A DNA stretch of 64,000 bases from Flavobacteriales bacterium (lineage in GTDB: Bacteria; Bacteroidota; Bacteroidia; Flavobacteriales_C; GCA-002722245). The translations under genes were made by a program, and so were the position numbers. The notes below the pieces were generated by a model. The model saw only the letters and a list, made by a program, of their open reading frames with translations, was not told the DNA's origin and ran no database searches. Below are positions 9,952 to 19,479 of the stretch, piece by piece; the stretch's first letter is position 1, and every line of letters begins with the position of its first letter. The stretch lies in assembly GCA_023251075.1 (NCBI GenBank), contig JAHEZM010000009.1:25394-89393 (forward strand), given 5' to 3'.

Positions 9952-10980
9952 ATGGGCTTATTTAGCTTTTTAACGCAAGAAATTGCCATCGACTTAGGTA
10001 CAGCTAACACGCTGATTATCGAAAACGATAAAGTGGTGGTAGATGAACCTTCGATCATTGCGATGAACAGAATTACGGGTGAGGTGCAGGCAATCGGAAA
10101 AAGAGCGATGCAAATGCATGGTAAAACGCACGAGAACATCAAAACTATTCGTCCGCTTAAAGATGGTGTAATTGCCGACTTTAAAGCTGCCGAAGAAATG
10201 ATTCGTGGCTTCATCAAAATGATCAATGTGAACAAACGTAAAATGTTTGGTCCGAGCAACATTCGTATGGTAATCTGTATTCCATCCGGTATCACCGAGG
10301 TGGAGCGCCGTGCAGTAAAAGATTCTGCCGAACATGCCGGAGCGAAAGAAGTGCGCATGATTCAAGAGCCTATGGCTGCTGCGATTGGTATTGGTATCGA
10401 CGTGGAAGAGCCAATGGGCAACATGGTAATTGACATCGGTGGTGGAACAAGCGAGATCGCCGTTATCGCTTTGGGCGGTATCGTTTGCGATAAATCTATT
10501 CGTGTTGCTGGAGATGAGTTTACACAAGACATTGAAGATTATATGCGTCGTCAGCACAACATTTTGGTGGGTGAAAGAACTGCCGAAAGAATTAAAATTG
10601 AAGTAGGTTCTGCTTTGCCTGAACTGGACAATCCGCCACCTGATTTTGCCGTTCACGGACGAGATTTAATGACTGGTATTCCAAAAGAAATTACCATTTC
10701 TTATTCTGAAATTGCACACTGTTTAGATAAATCGATTTCTAAAATTGAAGCTGCTATTTTGAGTGCTCTAGAGATGACTCCTCCTGAGCTTTCTGCCGAT
10801 ATTTACCGTACAGGTATTTACCTTGCAGGTGGTGGTTCTTTGTTGAGAGGATTGGATAAGCGTATTTCTAAAAAAACAAAATTACCTGTGCACGTTGCTG
10901 AAGATCCGCTAAGAGCGGTGGCAAGAGGTACAGGTATTGCTTTGAAAAATTTCGACAGATTCCCATTCTTGATAAAATAA
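9952..10980 (+). CDS. mreB: rod shape-determining actin homolog MreB
   Basis: 342 aa with 'IAIDLGTANTLI' (phosphate-1), 'DIGGGTSEIAVI' (phosphate-2), and 'LAGGGSLLRGLD'. Confidence 0.95.
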   Translation: MGLFSFLTQEIAIDLGTANTLIIENDKVVVDEPSIIAMNRITGEVQAIGKRAMQMHGKTHENIKTIRPLKDGVIADFKAAEEMIRGFIKMINVNKRKMFGPSNIRMVICIPSGITEVERRAVKDSAEHAGAKEVRMIQEPMAAAIGIGIDVEEPMGNMVIDIGGGTSEIAVIALGGIVCDKSIRVAGDEFTQDIEDYMRRQHNILVGERTAERIKIEVGSALPELDNPPPDFAVHGRDLMTGIPKEITISYSEIAHCLDKSISKIEAAILSALEMTPPELSADIYRTGIYLAGGGSLLRGLDKRISKKTKLPVHVAEDPLRAVARGTGIALKNFDRFPFLIK

Positions 10981-11004
10981 TGGAAAAGGAGAATTAAATG
11001 TTTC

Positions 11005-11841
11005 ATGAAGAACTTATTTGCACTTCTCTATAAAAATCATTTATTTCTCCTTTTTCTTTTGTTGGAGATTTTATCTTTAACGCTTGCCATTCAGCACAAC
11101 GCTTTTCAACGTTCCACTTTTATTCATTCGGCACATTCCATTAGTGGCAATACTTACGACGTGATTAATAATTTTTCGTCGTACATGGATTTAAAAGAAA
11201 AGAATGCATTGTTAGCCGATTCTTTAGCCAAAGTAAGAACACAAAGTATGTTTTCTTTTTTGAAGAGAGACACTAATTTTACTAAAATTAATGATACATT
11301 ATACCAGCAACAATATGTTTTTGTATCGGCAGAAGTACTTCATTTAACTACACACAAAATCAATAATTATATCACTTTAAATAAAGGGTCGCATGATGGA
11401 ATAAAAAATGGAATGGCAGTGATTGGCACGAATGGAATTGTAGGCGTGGTGAATGGAACTACCGATAATTATTGTTCTGTTTTATCAGTGCTACATAGCC
11501 AATCTAGTATTCCTTGTCGCTTGAAAAAAAGTAAAAATATTGGTTTTCTTATTTGGAATAATCGTGATTTCGATTACCGTCATTGTTTGCTGAAAGATAT
11601 TCCGCTAACTGCAAAAATTGCGAAAGGAGATACGGTAGTAACTACTGAAAATTCAAATATTTTTCCAGGTGGAATTCCCGTAGGAAAAGTAGTGGAAGCT
11701 CATTTGGCCGACGAGAGCCAGTCGCAAGATGTTACAGTAGAATTGTTTCTCGATTACAACATTTTAGATCACGCTTTTATTATTCGTGATTTAATGAAAG
11801 ACCAAAAAGATTCTCTTCAAATTAAGTTTCAAAATGATTGA
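11005..11841 (+). CDS. mreC: rod shape-determining protein MreC
   Basis: 278 aa with an N-terminal TM/coiled region followed by a beta-rich domain. Its position immediately after mreB is the conserved mreBCD order. Confidence 0.75.
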   Translation: MKNLFALLYKNHLFLLFLLLEILSLTLAIQHNAFQRSTFIHSAHSISGNTYDVINNFSSYMDLKEKNALLADSLAKVRTQSMFSFLKRDTNFTKINDTLYQQQYVFVSAEVLHLTTHKINNYITLNKGSHDGIKNGMAVIGTNGIVGVVNGTTDNYCSVLSVLHSQSSIPCRLKKSKNIGFLIWNNRDFDYRHCLLKDIPLTAKIAKGDTVVTTENSNIFPGGIPVGKVVEAHLADESQSQDVTVELFLDYNILDHAFIIRDLMKDQKDSLQIKFQND

Positions 11842-12349
11842 GCAATTACCACGATATGCGCTGATATTTTTTTTACTGGTGGTTTCACAGGTTCTGGTAT
11901 TTAATAATATTTATGTGGGTAATTTCCTGAATGTTTTTCCTTACGTTTTGTTTATTTTTATTTTACCTAGTAATGCCAATCGAGCACTACAATTGGTGCT
12001 CGCTTTTTTAATTGGAATCACCATTGATTTGTTTTCTGATTCTGGTGGAATTCACGCTGCTGCCTGTGTTCCTGTTGCCTACATTCGATCTTTTATTTTA
12101 AGAACTACTGCTTCAGGAGAAAGTACTAACGATACTTTTGTGCCTGATGTTTATTATTTTGGTTTGCGACGATATTTGACCTACGCGGGGATTTTGATGG
12201 TGTTGCACCACAGTATTTTATTTTTTTTAGAAGCGTTCGAATTAGGACATTTTTTTAGTACTATTTTAAAAATTGCAGGAAGCACTTTAATGACCTTGAC
12301 TTTTATTGTTTTGATTCAATATATTTTTATAAAAAATAAAGAAAAGTGA
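11834..12349 (+). CDS. mreD: rod shape-determining protein MreD (polytopic membrane protein)
   Basis: 171 aa, very hydrophobic (about 5 TM). It overlaps mreC by 8 bp and mrdA by 4 bp, in the conserved position. Confidence 0.6.
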   Translation: MIEQLPRYALIFFLLVVSQVLVFNNIYVGNFLNVFPYVLFIFILPSNANRALQLVLAFLIGITIDLFSDSGGIHAAACVPVAYIRSFILRTTASGESTNDTFVPDVYYFGLRRYLTYAGILMVLHHSILFFLEAFELGHFFSTILKIAGSTLMTLTFIVLIQYIFIKNKEK

Positions 12350-14133
12350 ATCAAAATAAAGACAGGCAATATGTTATTATTGGTATCTTTTCTACCATCG
12401 CCCTTATTTTCATTTTTCGTTTGCTTTATTTACAAGTTCTCAATCCCGATTTTCGTGAAGATGCCATCAATATGGGGCGCAAGGTGGTGATTGAATTTCC
12501 CATGCGCGGAACTATTTACGATCGCAACGGAAAGATTTTAGCGCACAATGAAATAGCTTACGATTTAGTGGTTCTGCCTAAAGAAGTAGAGATTGATACA
12601 TTGGCTTTTTGCAAGTTGTTGAATATTGATACGGCTGAATTTAATCGAAGAATGAAGATCGCAAAAACGTATCCTAATGCTTCTTATAAAGAATCGGTTT
12701 TTCAGGAATTAATTAGTGTGGAAGATTACGCAAAAATTGCCGAGCAATTGAATCTTTTCAAAGGATTTCACGGCCAGAGAAGAAATGTACGATCTTATCC
12801 AAAACCTATAGCAGCGCATCTTCTGGGATATATGCAAAAGGTGAGTCCCAATGATAAACATCGCGATAAATATTATGTGAATGATGATTATATCGGTCGC
12901 AGTGGATTGGAAATGTTTTACGAAAAAGAATTGCGCGGAATTAAAGGAATTAAAAATTGGAGACGCGATAGAAGTAACAATGTAAAAGGGAAATATTTAG
13001 ATGGTGAACTGGATCAGAAATCTTTTCCCGGTAAAGATTTACATACTTCCATCGATGCCGATGTGCAGGAATATGCCGAGCAATTGATGCATGGAAAACG
13101 AGGAAGCATCATTGCTATTGATCCCAGCAATGGAGAAATTATTTGTATGGTATCTGCCCCAACTTACAATCCTAATGATTTGGTAGGAAGATATTTCAGC
13201 AAGAATTACGATACTATTTTTAATCAGGAAGGCCAGCCCTTATTTTTTAGAAGTATAGCCGCTACGCAGCCACCAGGATCAATTGTGAAAACCATGCAAT
13301 CGGCTATCGCATTAGATATGGGCGTGGCCAATGCCAACACCAAATATCCGTGTAATAAATCTTTGGTGGGTTGTCATGATCATCCCGGACCATTGAATTT
13401 GCCGCAGTCGGTTCAGAGCTCTTGTAATCCCTATTATTACATGTTGGTGAAAAGTATTTTATACAAAGATGGATCTATAGAAACTGGATTGAACAATTGG
13501 GAAAGCATTGTTAGAACCTTTGGTTTTGGAAATCCTTTGGGCGTTGATTTACCGGGAGAAAAAGATGGCAATGTGCCTGATTCGCGTGAGTACAATGCTA
13601 CTTATGGTAAAGGGCATTGGAATTATAGAACGGTTTATTCATTGAGTATCGGACAAGGAGAATTTGCGCTTACGCCTCTGCAAATGGCGAATTTAGCAGT
13701 AATTATGGCGAACAAAGGAAAATATTATACCCCTCATATTGTAAGATCATTGGACGATTCGGTGCTTAATTACAAAGATTCAGTGCATATGGTAAGAGTT
13801 GATCCAAAGCATTTTGATGTGGTGCAGGATGGAATGCAATGGGTGATTGAAGAACCTGGAGGAACGGCCAGCAGAGCGCGAATTGATAGCTTGCATTATT
13901 GCGGAAAAACAGGAACTTCTCAAAATCCACATGGAGAAGATCATTCGGTTTTTATTGCTTTTGCACCACGTGAAAATCCTAAAATTGCTATTTCTGTTTA
14001 TATTGAAAATGCAGGAAAGGGAGGTGTTTGGGCAGCACCTATCGCCAGTTTGGTAATTGAAAAATACTTGCGCGGAACCATCAGCAGAAAAGAGTTGGAA
14101 GAAACAATGCTGAAGGGGGTGATTAAGTATTGA
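12346..14133 (+). CDS. mrdA: penicillin-binding protein 2 (elongasome peptidoglycan D,D-transpeptidase)
   Basis: 595 aa with an N-terminal TM, 'SIVKT' as the SxxK active-site box (ATQPPGSIVKTM), 'SCN' for SxN, and 'KTGTS' for KTG. Confidence 0.9.
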   Translation: MNQNKDRQYVIIGIFSTIALIFIFRLLYLQVLNPDFREDAINMGRKVVIEFPMRGTIYDRNGKILAHNEIAYDLVVLPKEVEIDTLAFCKLLNIDTAEFNRRMKIAKTYPNASYKESVFQELISVEDYAKIAEQLNLFKGFHGQRRNVRSYPKPIAAHLLGYMQKVSPNDKHRDKYYVNDDYIGRSGLEMFYEKELRGIKGIKNWRRDRSNNVKGKYLDGELDQKSFPGKDLHTSIDADVQEYAEQLMHGKRGSIIAIDPSNGEIICMVSAPTYNPNDLVGRYFSKNYDTIFNQEGQPLFFRSIAATQPPGSIVKTMQSAIALDMGVANANTKYPCNKSLVGCHDHPGPLNLPQSVQSSCNPYYYMLVKSILYKDGSIETGLNNWESIVRTFGFGNPLGVDLPGEKDGNVPDSREYNATYGKGHWNYRTVYSLSIGQGEFALTPLQMANLAVIMANKGKYYTPHIVRSLDDSVLNYKDSVHMVRVDPKHFDVVQDGMQWVIEEPGGTASRARIDSLHYCGKTGTSQNPHGEDHSVFIAFAPRENPKIAISVYIENAGKGGVWAAPIASLVIEKYLRGTISRKELEETMLKGVIKY

Positions 14134-14153
14134 TATTCTTTATACAGGACGGT

Positions 14154-14245
14154 AGTTCCTTCGTGCCTCAGGATGACAACCACACCCAAACATAGAGTGA
14201 GAGTGAGTTTTGAGAGCGATTGTCATCCTGAGGCACGAAGGAACT
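14154..14245. repeat. palindromic intergenic repeat element, copy 1 (25-bp perfect inverted arms, 42-nt spacer)
   Basis: Left arm 14154-14178 is 'AGTTCCTTCGTGCCTCAGGATGACA'. Right arm 14221-14245 is its exact reverse complement. A near-identical element occurs at 29726-29807. It lies between convergent mrdA (+) and the SGNH-MBOAT gene (-). Confidence 0.85.
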
Positions 14246-14259
14246 AATGTCCTACAAAT

Positions 14260-17106
14260 TTAAAACTGAAAATAAATAAACGGTTGTATTCCTGCTGTTT
14301 TAAATTGAAAAATAATCACAATCATTATTGCAGTTACTATACTTAAAAATGGAACGTTTAATTTGCCTAAGCTCATTTCAATTTTTCTTTCCCATACCTG
14401 TGGGAAAGCGTGTGCCAGGAAACCTAATAGAATGATGGCAAAAATACCTTTGTAACTTTCAATGTAGGTTATGATTAAAGCAAGTGGTGCAATCGTTGCA
14501 TCTTTCGCTCCTGAGAAATTTTCGAAAATTTGATTGAACATATCGCCCATCATACTCATATCTTTTACTCTAAAAAGTATCCAGCAAAAGGCAACAAAAT
14601 GGAAAGTTAAAATGAGTCCGATAAACTTAGGCATCGTCCAACTAAATTTATCTTTCCACCATCTTTCCACAGCCAATGCACCGCCATGTAATCCGCCCCA
14701 AAGAATAAATTTAAAAGCGGCACCGTGCCATAATCCGCCAATGAGCATCGTGAGCAAAAGGTTGATATAAGTTCGCGCTTTCCCAAAACGATTTCCTCCT
14801 AAGGGGATGTATAAATAATCTTTCAGCCAGGTGGATAAAGAGATGTGCCACCGCTTCCAAAATTCTGTGATGCTGTGTGCTAAATATGGCGCGTTGAAAT
14901 TGAGCGGCAAAGTAAATCCCAGAAGCAAAGCAATACCTATAGCCATGTCGCTGTATCCTGAAAAATCACAATAAATTTGAATCGCATAACCATAAATACT
15001 CATCAGGTTTTCAAAGCCCGAATAACTCAATGGATTGTCGAAAACCCGATCTACAAAATTCACCGAAATAAAATCCGATATCACTACTTTTTTAAAGAGT
15101 CCGGTTAAAATCAGGAACATTGCCTTTCCAAAATCTTCTTGAGTTAGGCTGTATTTTTTTTTGATCTGTGGAAGGAAATCGGCAGCACGCACAATAGGTC
15201 CAGCAACCAGTTGCGGAAAGAAGGTGATGAAAAAACCAAAGTCCCAGATGTCTTCAGTAGGTTCAATTTTTCCGTAATAAATATCGATGGTATAGCTTAA
15301 GGTTTGAAAGGTGAAGAAAGAAATTCCTACAGGGAGAATTATTTTATCGATTGCTAGTGAGGTGCCGAAAACAGAATTCGATGCAATAGAGAAGAAATTG
15401 ACGGCTTTAAAATCAGTTTGAAAGATAAGGTTGATGTTGTCGATGATGAACTGAGAATATTTGAAAAAAGCGAGTAATCCTATATTGATAAATAAGCTGA
15501 TGAAGAGCATAGTTCTCTTCGTGGATTTTTTTTTTGAGTTGAATATTTTGAGGGATAGATAGTAATCGAGAATAGTAGAAAAAACGAGGAGGGCGAAAAA
15601 GAACCCTCCAGATTTGTAATAAAAAAATAAGCTAAAAACACTGAGGTAGAGAGCTCGTAATTTGAATTTGTTGTAGATAAAAACGTAGCCAATCATTAGT
15701 ATTAGAAAGAAAATCCAGAAACTATAATTACTGAATATCATAGGATCTTTCGGATCGGTATGAAAAATATCTTTGATCAACACCCAGAAAAAATTTTCTT
15801 TTTGATCATCAATCTTATGCACTTTCCATCCTTTGGTGTGATTGTCGTAACCTTCTATCAATGCATTGTAAAAAATGCTGCCCATAAAATGATACCCTTT
15901 TTCAGAAAGATGTACTTTATCGGCATTTCCCAATCCGTTCGCCAGCCATTGTTCAATGGAGTTTACACCGCCCATTATTTTAAGGAAATCCCAAATGGCA
16001 CAATTGTGTTTTTTAGCCAGAGCGATAATTGTTTTTCGTGCCAGTAAACTTCCTTTGATGGTAACTTTTCTATTTCTTTTGCAATCGCCCGGAGTAATTA
16101 AAACAATAGATGCTGTGGGCATTTTATTGCGAATGGCAGTGAGTAAACTATCGTAATGTTTGTAGAAAATAGAATCGTTAAAGTTGGTGGAATAAATGTC
16201 GTTGGTTCCTAAGGATAATACAATCAAATCGGGATTGTAATACTTTACCTGCTTCACCAAATTTTTGCAGGAAACAAAGGATCCCACTGCAGCACCATTA
16301 ACACCTACTTCACTGCAAACTATTCCCGGACGAGAGTTTTCGAGAATCAACCCTTGTAAAGAAAAAGGAATTTCTGATTGATTTGTTTTGTAGAAATTAA
16401 CGGTAATGGTATCGGTGAGTTTATTGAAAACAAAAGTTTGTATTCCTAAAATACTATCGTTGGTGGAAGAGATGAGGTAAGCCCCTTTTGATGAAACGGT
16501 GATGTTTCTTTTTCCTTTTGTTGGGTCGTATATAACAGAAATTTTATCGTGGTAATAAGTTTCAAAAGTTTTGTTGTTGCAATATACTTTTACAAAAAGA
16601 GAATCTTCGGGAGAAGAAACATTGATGCCTGAAAGTCCCCAATTACAAGCGGTATCAGGATAAATACATTTTTGAGCAGTCCATTTTCCATTGAATCGAA
16701 TACCATAATTTATGGGGCCATTGCTTTTCGCCATAGAATAGGGAAAAACAAAACCGCGTGCTGTGGTTCCGCAATCAAATTTGTTGTGAAAAAGCTCTCT
16801 GGTTTTACCTGTCCAGTAACCTGCTTGCACATGTGAATCACCAATGAACAATACTTTTACTTGTCCGGTTCTTTGCGATTCATAAGTCCATAATTTATTG
16901 TAGAAATTCTCTAAAGTGGTGCTGTCTTTGACGAGGATTTTATTCGATGCATAATCAATAAAGGGGTATTGTTGAATCGTATCAATAGTGTGTTGGGAGA
17001 ATAAGTTAAAAGTTAAAAGTAAAAAGCCAAAAAACACCCCAAGGGATTTTAGCTTATTGCTTTTAACTTTTAACTTTTTACTGTATTTCCAATTCTTTAT
17101 AATCAT
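14260..17106 (-). CDS. fusion protein with an N-terminal periplasmic SGNH/GDSL-like (AlgX/AlgJ/PatB-like) domain and a C-terminal MBOAT membrane O-acyltransferase (AlgI/PatA-like)
   Basis: 948 aa. The N-terminal half has 'VLFIGDSHVQAGYWTG' (SGNH block I, GDSx), 'LSLGTNDIYS' (block III, GxND), and 'DKVHLSEKGYHF' (block V, DxxH). The C-terminal ~480 aa is polytopic with MBOAT hallmarks: 'FWKRWHISLSTWLKDYLYIPLGG' and 'LWHGAAFKFILWG' (conserved His). Confidence 0.8.
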   Translation of the reverse strand: MIIKNWKYSKKLKVKSNKLKSLGVFFGFLLLTFNLFSQHTIDTIQQYPFIDYASNKILVKDSTTLENFYNKLWTYESQRTGQVKVLFIGDSHVQAGYWTGKTRELFHNKFDCGTTARGFVFPYSMAKSNGPINYGIRFNGKWTAQKCIYPDTACNWGLSGINVSSPEDSLFVKVYCNNKTFETYYHDKISVIYDPTKGKRNITVSSKGAYLISSTNDSILGIQTFVFNKLTDTITVNFYKTNQSEIPFSLQGLILENSRPGIVCSEVGVNGAAVGSFVSCKNLVKQVKYYNPDLIVLSLGTNDIYSTNFNDSIFYKHYDSLLTAIRNKMPTASIVLITPGDCKRNRKVTIKGSLLARKTIIALAKKHNCAIWDFLKIMGGVNSIEQWLANGLGNADKVHLSEKGYHFMGSIFYNALIEGYDNHTKGWKVHKIDDQKENFFWVLIKDIFHTDPKDPMIFSNYSFWIFFLILMIGYVFIYNKFKLRALYLSVFSLFFYYKSGGFFFALLVFSTILDYYLSLKIFNSKKKSTKRTMLFISLFINIGLLAFFKYSQFIIDNINLIFQTDFKAVNFFSIASNSVFGTSLAIDKIILPVGISFFTFQTLSYTIDIYYGKIEPTEDIWDFGFFITFFPQLVAGPIVRAADFLPQIKKKYSLTQEDFGKAMFLILTGLFKKVVISDFISVNFVDRVFDNPLSYSGFENLMSIYGYAIQIYCDFSGYSDMAIGIALLLGFTLPLNFNAPYLAHSITEFWKRWHISLSTWLKDYLYIPLGGNRFGKARTYINLLLTMLIGGLWHGAAFKFILWGGLHGGALAVERWWKDKFSWTMPKFIGLILTFHFVAFCWILFRVKDMSMMGDMFNQIFENFSGAKDATIAPLALIITYIESYKGIFAIILLGFLAHAFPQVWERKIEMSLGKLNVPFLSIVTAIMIVIIFQFKTAGIQPFIYFQF

Positions 17107-18526
17107 AATAATCTTTTAGGATAGCGTTGCCCAATTTATCACCTACAACATTCGCGCCTCTCCAATTAAAGTGTGTATAATCTTTTTCTGCTAAAGAAGG
17201 ATTTGCTTCCACCCATTGAGCCATTGAATTTTTACCACCCATTACCTCATACAAATCCCAGAAGGCACAACCAGTAAGGCGAGCAGCTTCTTTTTGTGCG
17301 TCTCTAATTTTTTCAATGTTGCCGTAAGATACAAATTCTGTTTCTTCTTTTTTACACATATCCGATACGCCCACAATGAGGATTGAAGCGTTGGGAGCCA
17401 TTTGTTTCAGATAGTTGATTTGTGATACAATCATGCGCATGTAAAAGTCGTAATTGTTCACTTCATTCGGCACCACATTTACTCCAAATTGATAAATAAT
17501 TAATCCTACATTGAGTTGTGAAATTTGTGCTTTCAATGTTTGTTTATTCATCTTAGTGAAGTCGGTTCCAGAGCTTCCGCGAAGGGAAATATTATCCACT
17601 GCGATACCACTTTTGCAATCCAAACTAACACCATAAATATCAGTTAGGTTATTTCCTGAAAAGGAGAATTGTATTTCTTTATTTTGAAAACCATTGTAGT
17701 TCCATGTTTGTTGGAAAGTTCCTGAATCCAGAGGCAAATTTGAATTGTGAATGATGTTGGTGTCACTACTTAGTTTACATAAAACAGGGTCTCCCTGATG
17801 GTGGTACATCAAAGATATTTGTTCGAATTTTTGTAGTTTGCTGTTGCTGGCTTTATTGGCTTTTATGTTAATGGTAGCCCCGGTATTTTTATTGTCGTTT
17901 ACCCAATGATAGTAAGAACCTAAAAATCCGTAATCGTTATGAGGAGGAGTATTTTCAGAGCGAACAACGCTGTATTTAGTCCAATTTTTTGATGCTGTTC
18001 TTTGTACATTTTTTCTTCCGTATCCGGGATCGCTCAACGGAATATAACCCACTCCGCAGCCACCAAATTTATTTTGTAACAAATCTCTCAACACCCCGCT
18101 AATTCTATCGCCTTCAATTTGTGAATCACCAAAATGCAGTACGCGTACTAATTTTCCATCTTCAATGCTTTCCAGTTTTTTATAGAAAAGCTCCATTGCA
18201 TTTTCCAAATCATTGGGCTGAATGATTTTTTCTGTAGCCGACACCATGATTTCTTCTTGAGGAATATCGCTATGATTAACAGAATCTTCAGAATAAGTGT
18301 TGTTTTTGTAGGTGCTTTTAATCTTTTCCACCACTACCGATTGTTCTGTTTTTTCTTTTCTTTTAAAATATTCTTTTGGGTTAGGTACCTTCACCACTAC
18401 ATCTTTGCCAATAGCAATTCCTTTTTCGGGGAAAGCCAGCCAAATACCAAATAAAACGGCATTTACCAGAAGTATCAACGCTAATATTTTTTTTGGATTC
18501 CCAAAGTCCGATTGCTGCATATCCAC
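17078..18526 (-). CDS. membrane-anchored SGNH/GDSL-like hydrolase or O-acetyltransferase (AlgX/PatB-like partner)
   Basis: 482 aa with an N-terminal TM. It carries 'VLHFGDSQIEGDRISG' (block I) and 'EKDYTHFNWRGANVVG' (DxxH-like block V). It overlaps the fusion gene by 29 bp, so the two are likely co-translated. Confidence 0.65.
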   Translation of the reverse strand: MDMQQSDFGNPKKILALILLVNAVLFGIWLAFPEKGIAIGKDVVVKVPNPKEYFKRKEKTEQSVVVEKIKSTYKNNTYSEDSVNHSDIPQEEIMVSATEKIIQPNDLENAMELFYKKLESIEDGKLVRVLHFGDSQIEGDRISGVLRDLLQNKFGGCGVGYIPLSDPGYGRKNVQRTASKNWTKYSVVRSENTPPHNDYGFLGSYYHWVNDNKNTGATINIKANKASNSKLQKFEQISLMYHHQGDPVLCKLSSDTNIIHNSNLPLDSGTFQQTWNYNGFQNKEIQFSFSGNNLTDIYGVSLDCKSGIAVDNISLRGSSGTDFTKMNKQTLKAQISQLNVGLIIYQFGVNVVPNEVNNYDFYMRMIVSQINYLKQMAPNASILIVGVSDMCKKEETEFVSYGNIEKIRDAQKEAARLTGCAFWDLYEVMGGKNSMAQWVEANPSLAEKDYTHFNWRGANVVGDKLGNAILKDYYDYKELEIQ

Positions 18527-18529
18527 TAA

Positions 18530-19450
18530 TTATTGAACCTTGAATTCGTACACCTTTTTGCGATCATCGCGAAAGAGTTGTGCTGCTTCTTTGGGAAGAT
18601 ATATTGCACGACTACTGCCAGCAGGAATAGCGTTGCCGTTTACTTGTGCGTTGAGCTTAGCCAAATCTTCTTTACTCACTTTTAATGCTCCTGCCATTTG
18701 AGACAGTGAGGTAGCCTGAACATGAACAGTATCAATTTGATCAAATTTATATCGGGGAGTAGCAGGGTTAATTCCAAAGAGTGAATAGTAAGTCATTACA
18801 TAACTTACAGCAAAGAATTTCGCCATATACTCTTGTGCGAAAGCAGGTAGATGAGTACGTATGGCCCAATAATCTTTTTTACCACCACTTTTTGCAATTA
18901 CTTTATCTAAAGTTCCGTGGCCTATTTGATAGGCTGTTATTGCCAATAACCAATCACCATACATTTTATACAGTTTTGTGAAATAAGCACAAACGGCTTG
19001 AGTGCTTTGAATGGGGTCTCTGCGGTTATCAATTAACCCATTGTTTTCCAATTTCATTATTTTACCTGTGCCATTGGTGATCTGCCACAAGCCCGCTGGA
19101 CCTCCTGATTTGCCTGCATGAGGATTAACACCCGACTCCATTACAGTGATGTATTTCAGTTCATCGGGTAATTTGTTTTTGGCCAGTTCCGCTTCAATAA
19201 GAGGGAAATACAATTGTCCGTTGGCTAAACAATTTGCGATCAGTTTTTTGTAGTTGCCATACTGCGTAATTTTAGCCTTAACCAAATCATTCAAAATAAA
19301 GTGAATGGCAGAAGCAGAATCTAATTTCTGCATGCGTTGTTTGGTGCTGGAAGAATCAGAGTTGGCAAAAGAGAAGGAAGGGAATAAAAGAGCGATTACC
19401 AATCCGAGAAATTGGAAGCAATAGCACAATTTTGGCGGGAAGCCCGTCAT
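18530..19450 (-). CDS. lytic murein transglycosylase (SLT domain)
   Basis: 306 aa with a signal peptide. 'ITVMESGVNPHAGKSGGPAGLWQI' matches the SLT catalytic ES...AxGLMQ motif. 'AYQIGHGTLDK' is also present. Confidence 0.8.
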   Translation of the reverse strand: MTGFPPKLCYCFQFLGLVIALLFPSFSFANSDSSSTKQRMQKLDSASAIHFILNDLVKAKITQYGNYKKLIANCLANGQLYFPLIEAELAKNKLPDELKYITVMESGVNPHAGKSGGPAGLWQITNGTGKIMKLENNGLIDNRRDPIQSTQAVCAYFTKLYKMYGDWLLAITAYQIGHGTLDKVIAKSGGKKDYWAIRTHLPAFAQEYMAKFFAVSYVMTYYSLFGINPATPRYKFDQIDTVHVQATSLSQMAGALKVSKEDLAKLNAQVNGNAIPAGSSRAIYLPKEAAQLFRDDRKKVYEFKVQ

Positions 19451-19479
19451 ATCCAGGGTTAAAGAATTTTGTTAGGGAT

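Noticed and set aside
9942-10656. Antisense ORFs 9942..10358 and 9994..10656 inside mreB, and similar antisense ORFs elsewhere (2081..2368, 4367..4558, 4772..4972, 8896..9332, 15760..16156, 31210..31614, 32797..33039, 37037..37282, 42643..42939, 46369..46602, 46981..47307, 55761..56060, 61815..62153)
   Set aside because: Each lies opposite to or within a longer ORF that has strong family-level motifs. None has recognisable motifs of its own, and their composition reflects the complementary strand of real genes.
13998-14189. ORF-track CDS 13998..14189 (-) 'MGVVVILRHEGTT...'
   Set aside because: It reads through the palindromic repeat arm and the 3' end of mrdA on the opposite strand. It is an artefact of the repeat, not a gene.
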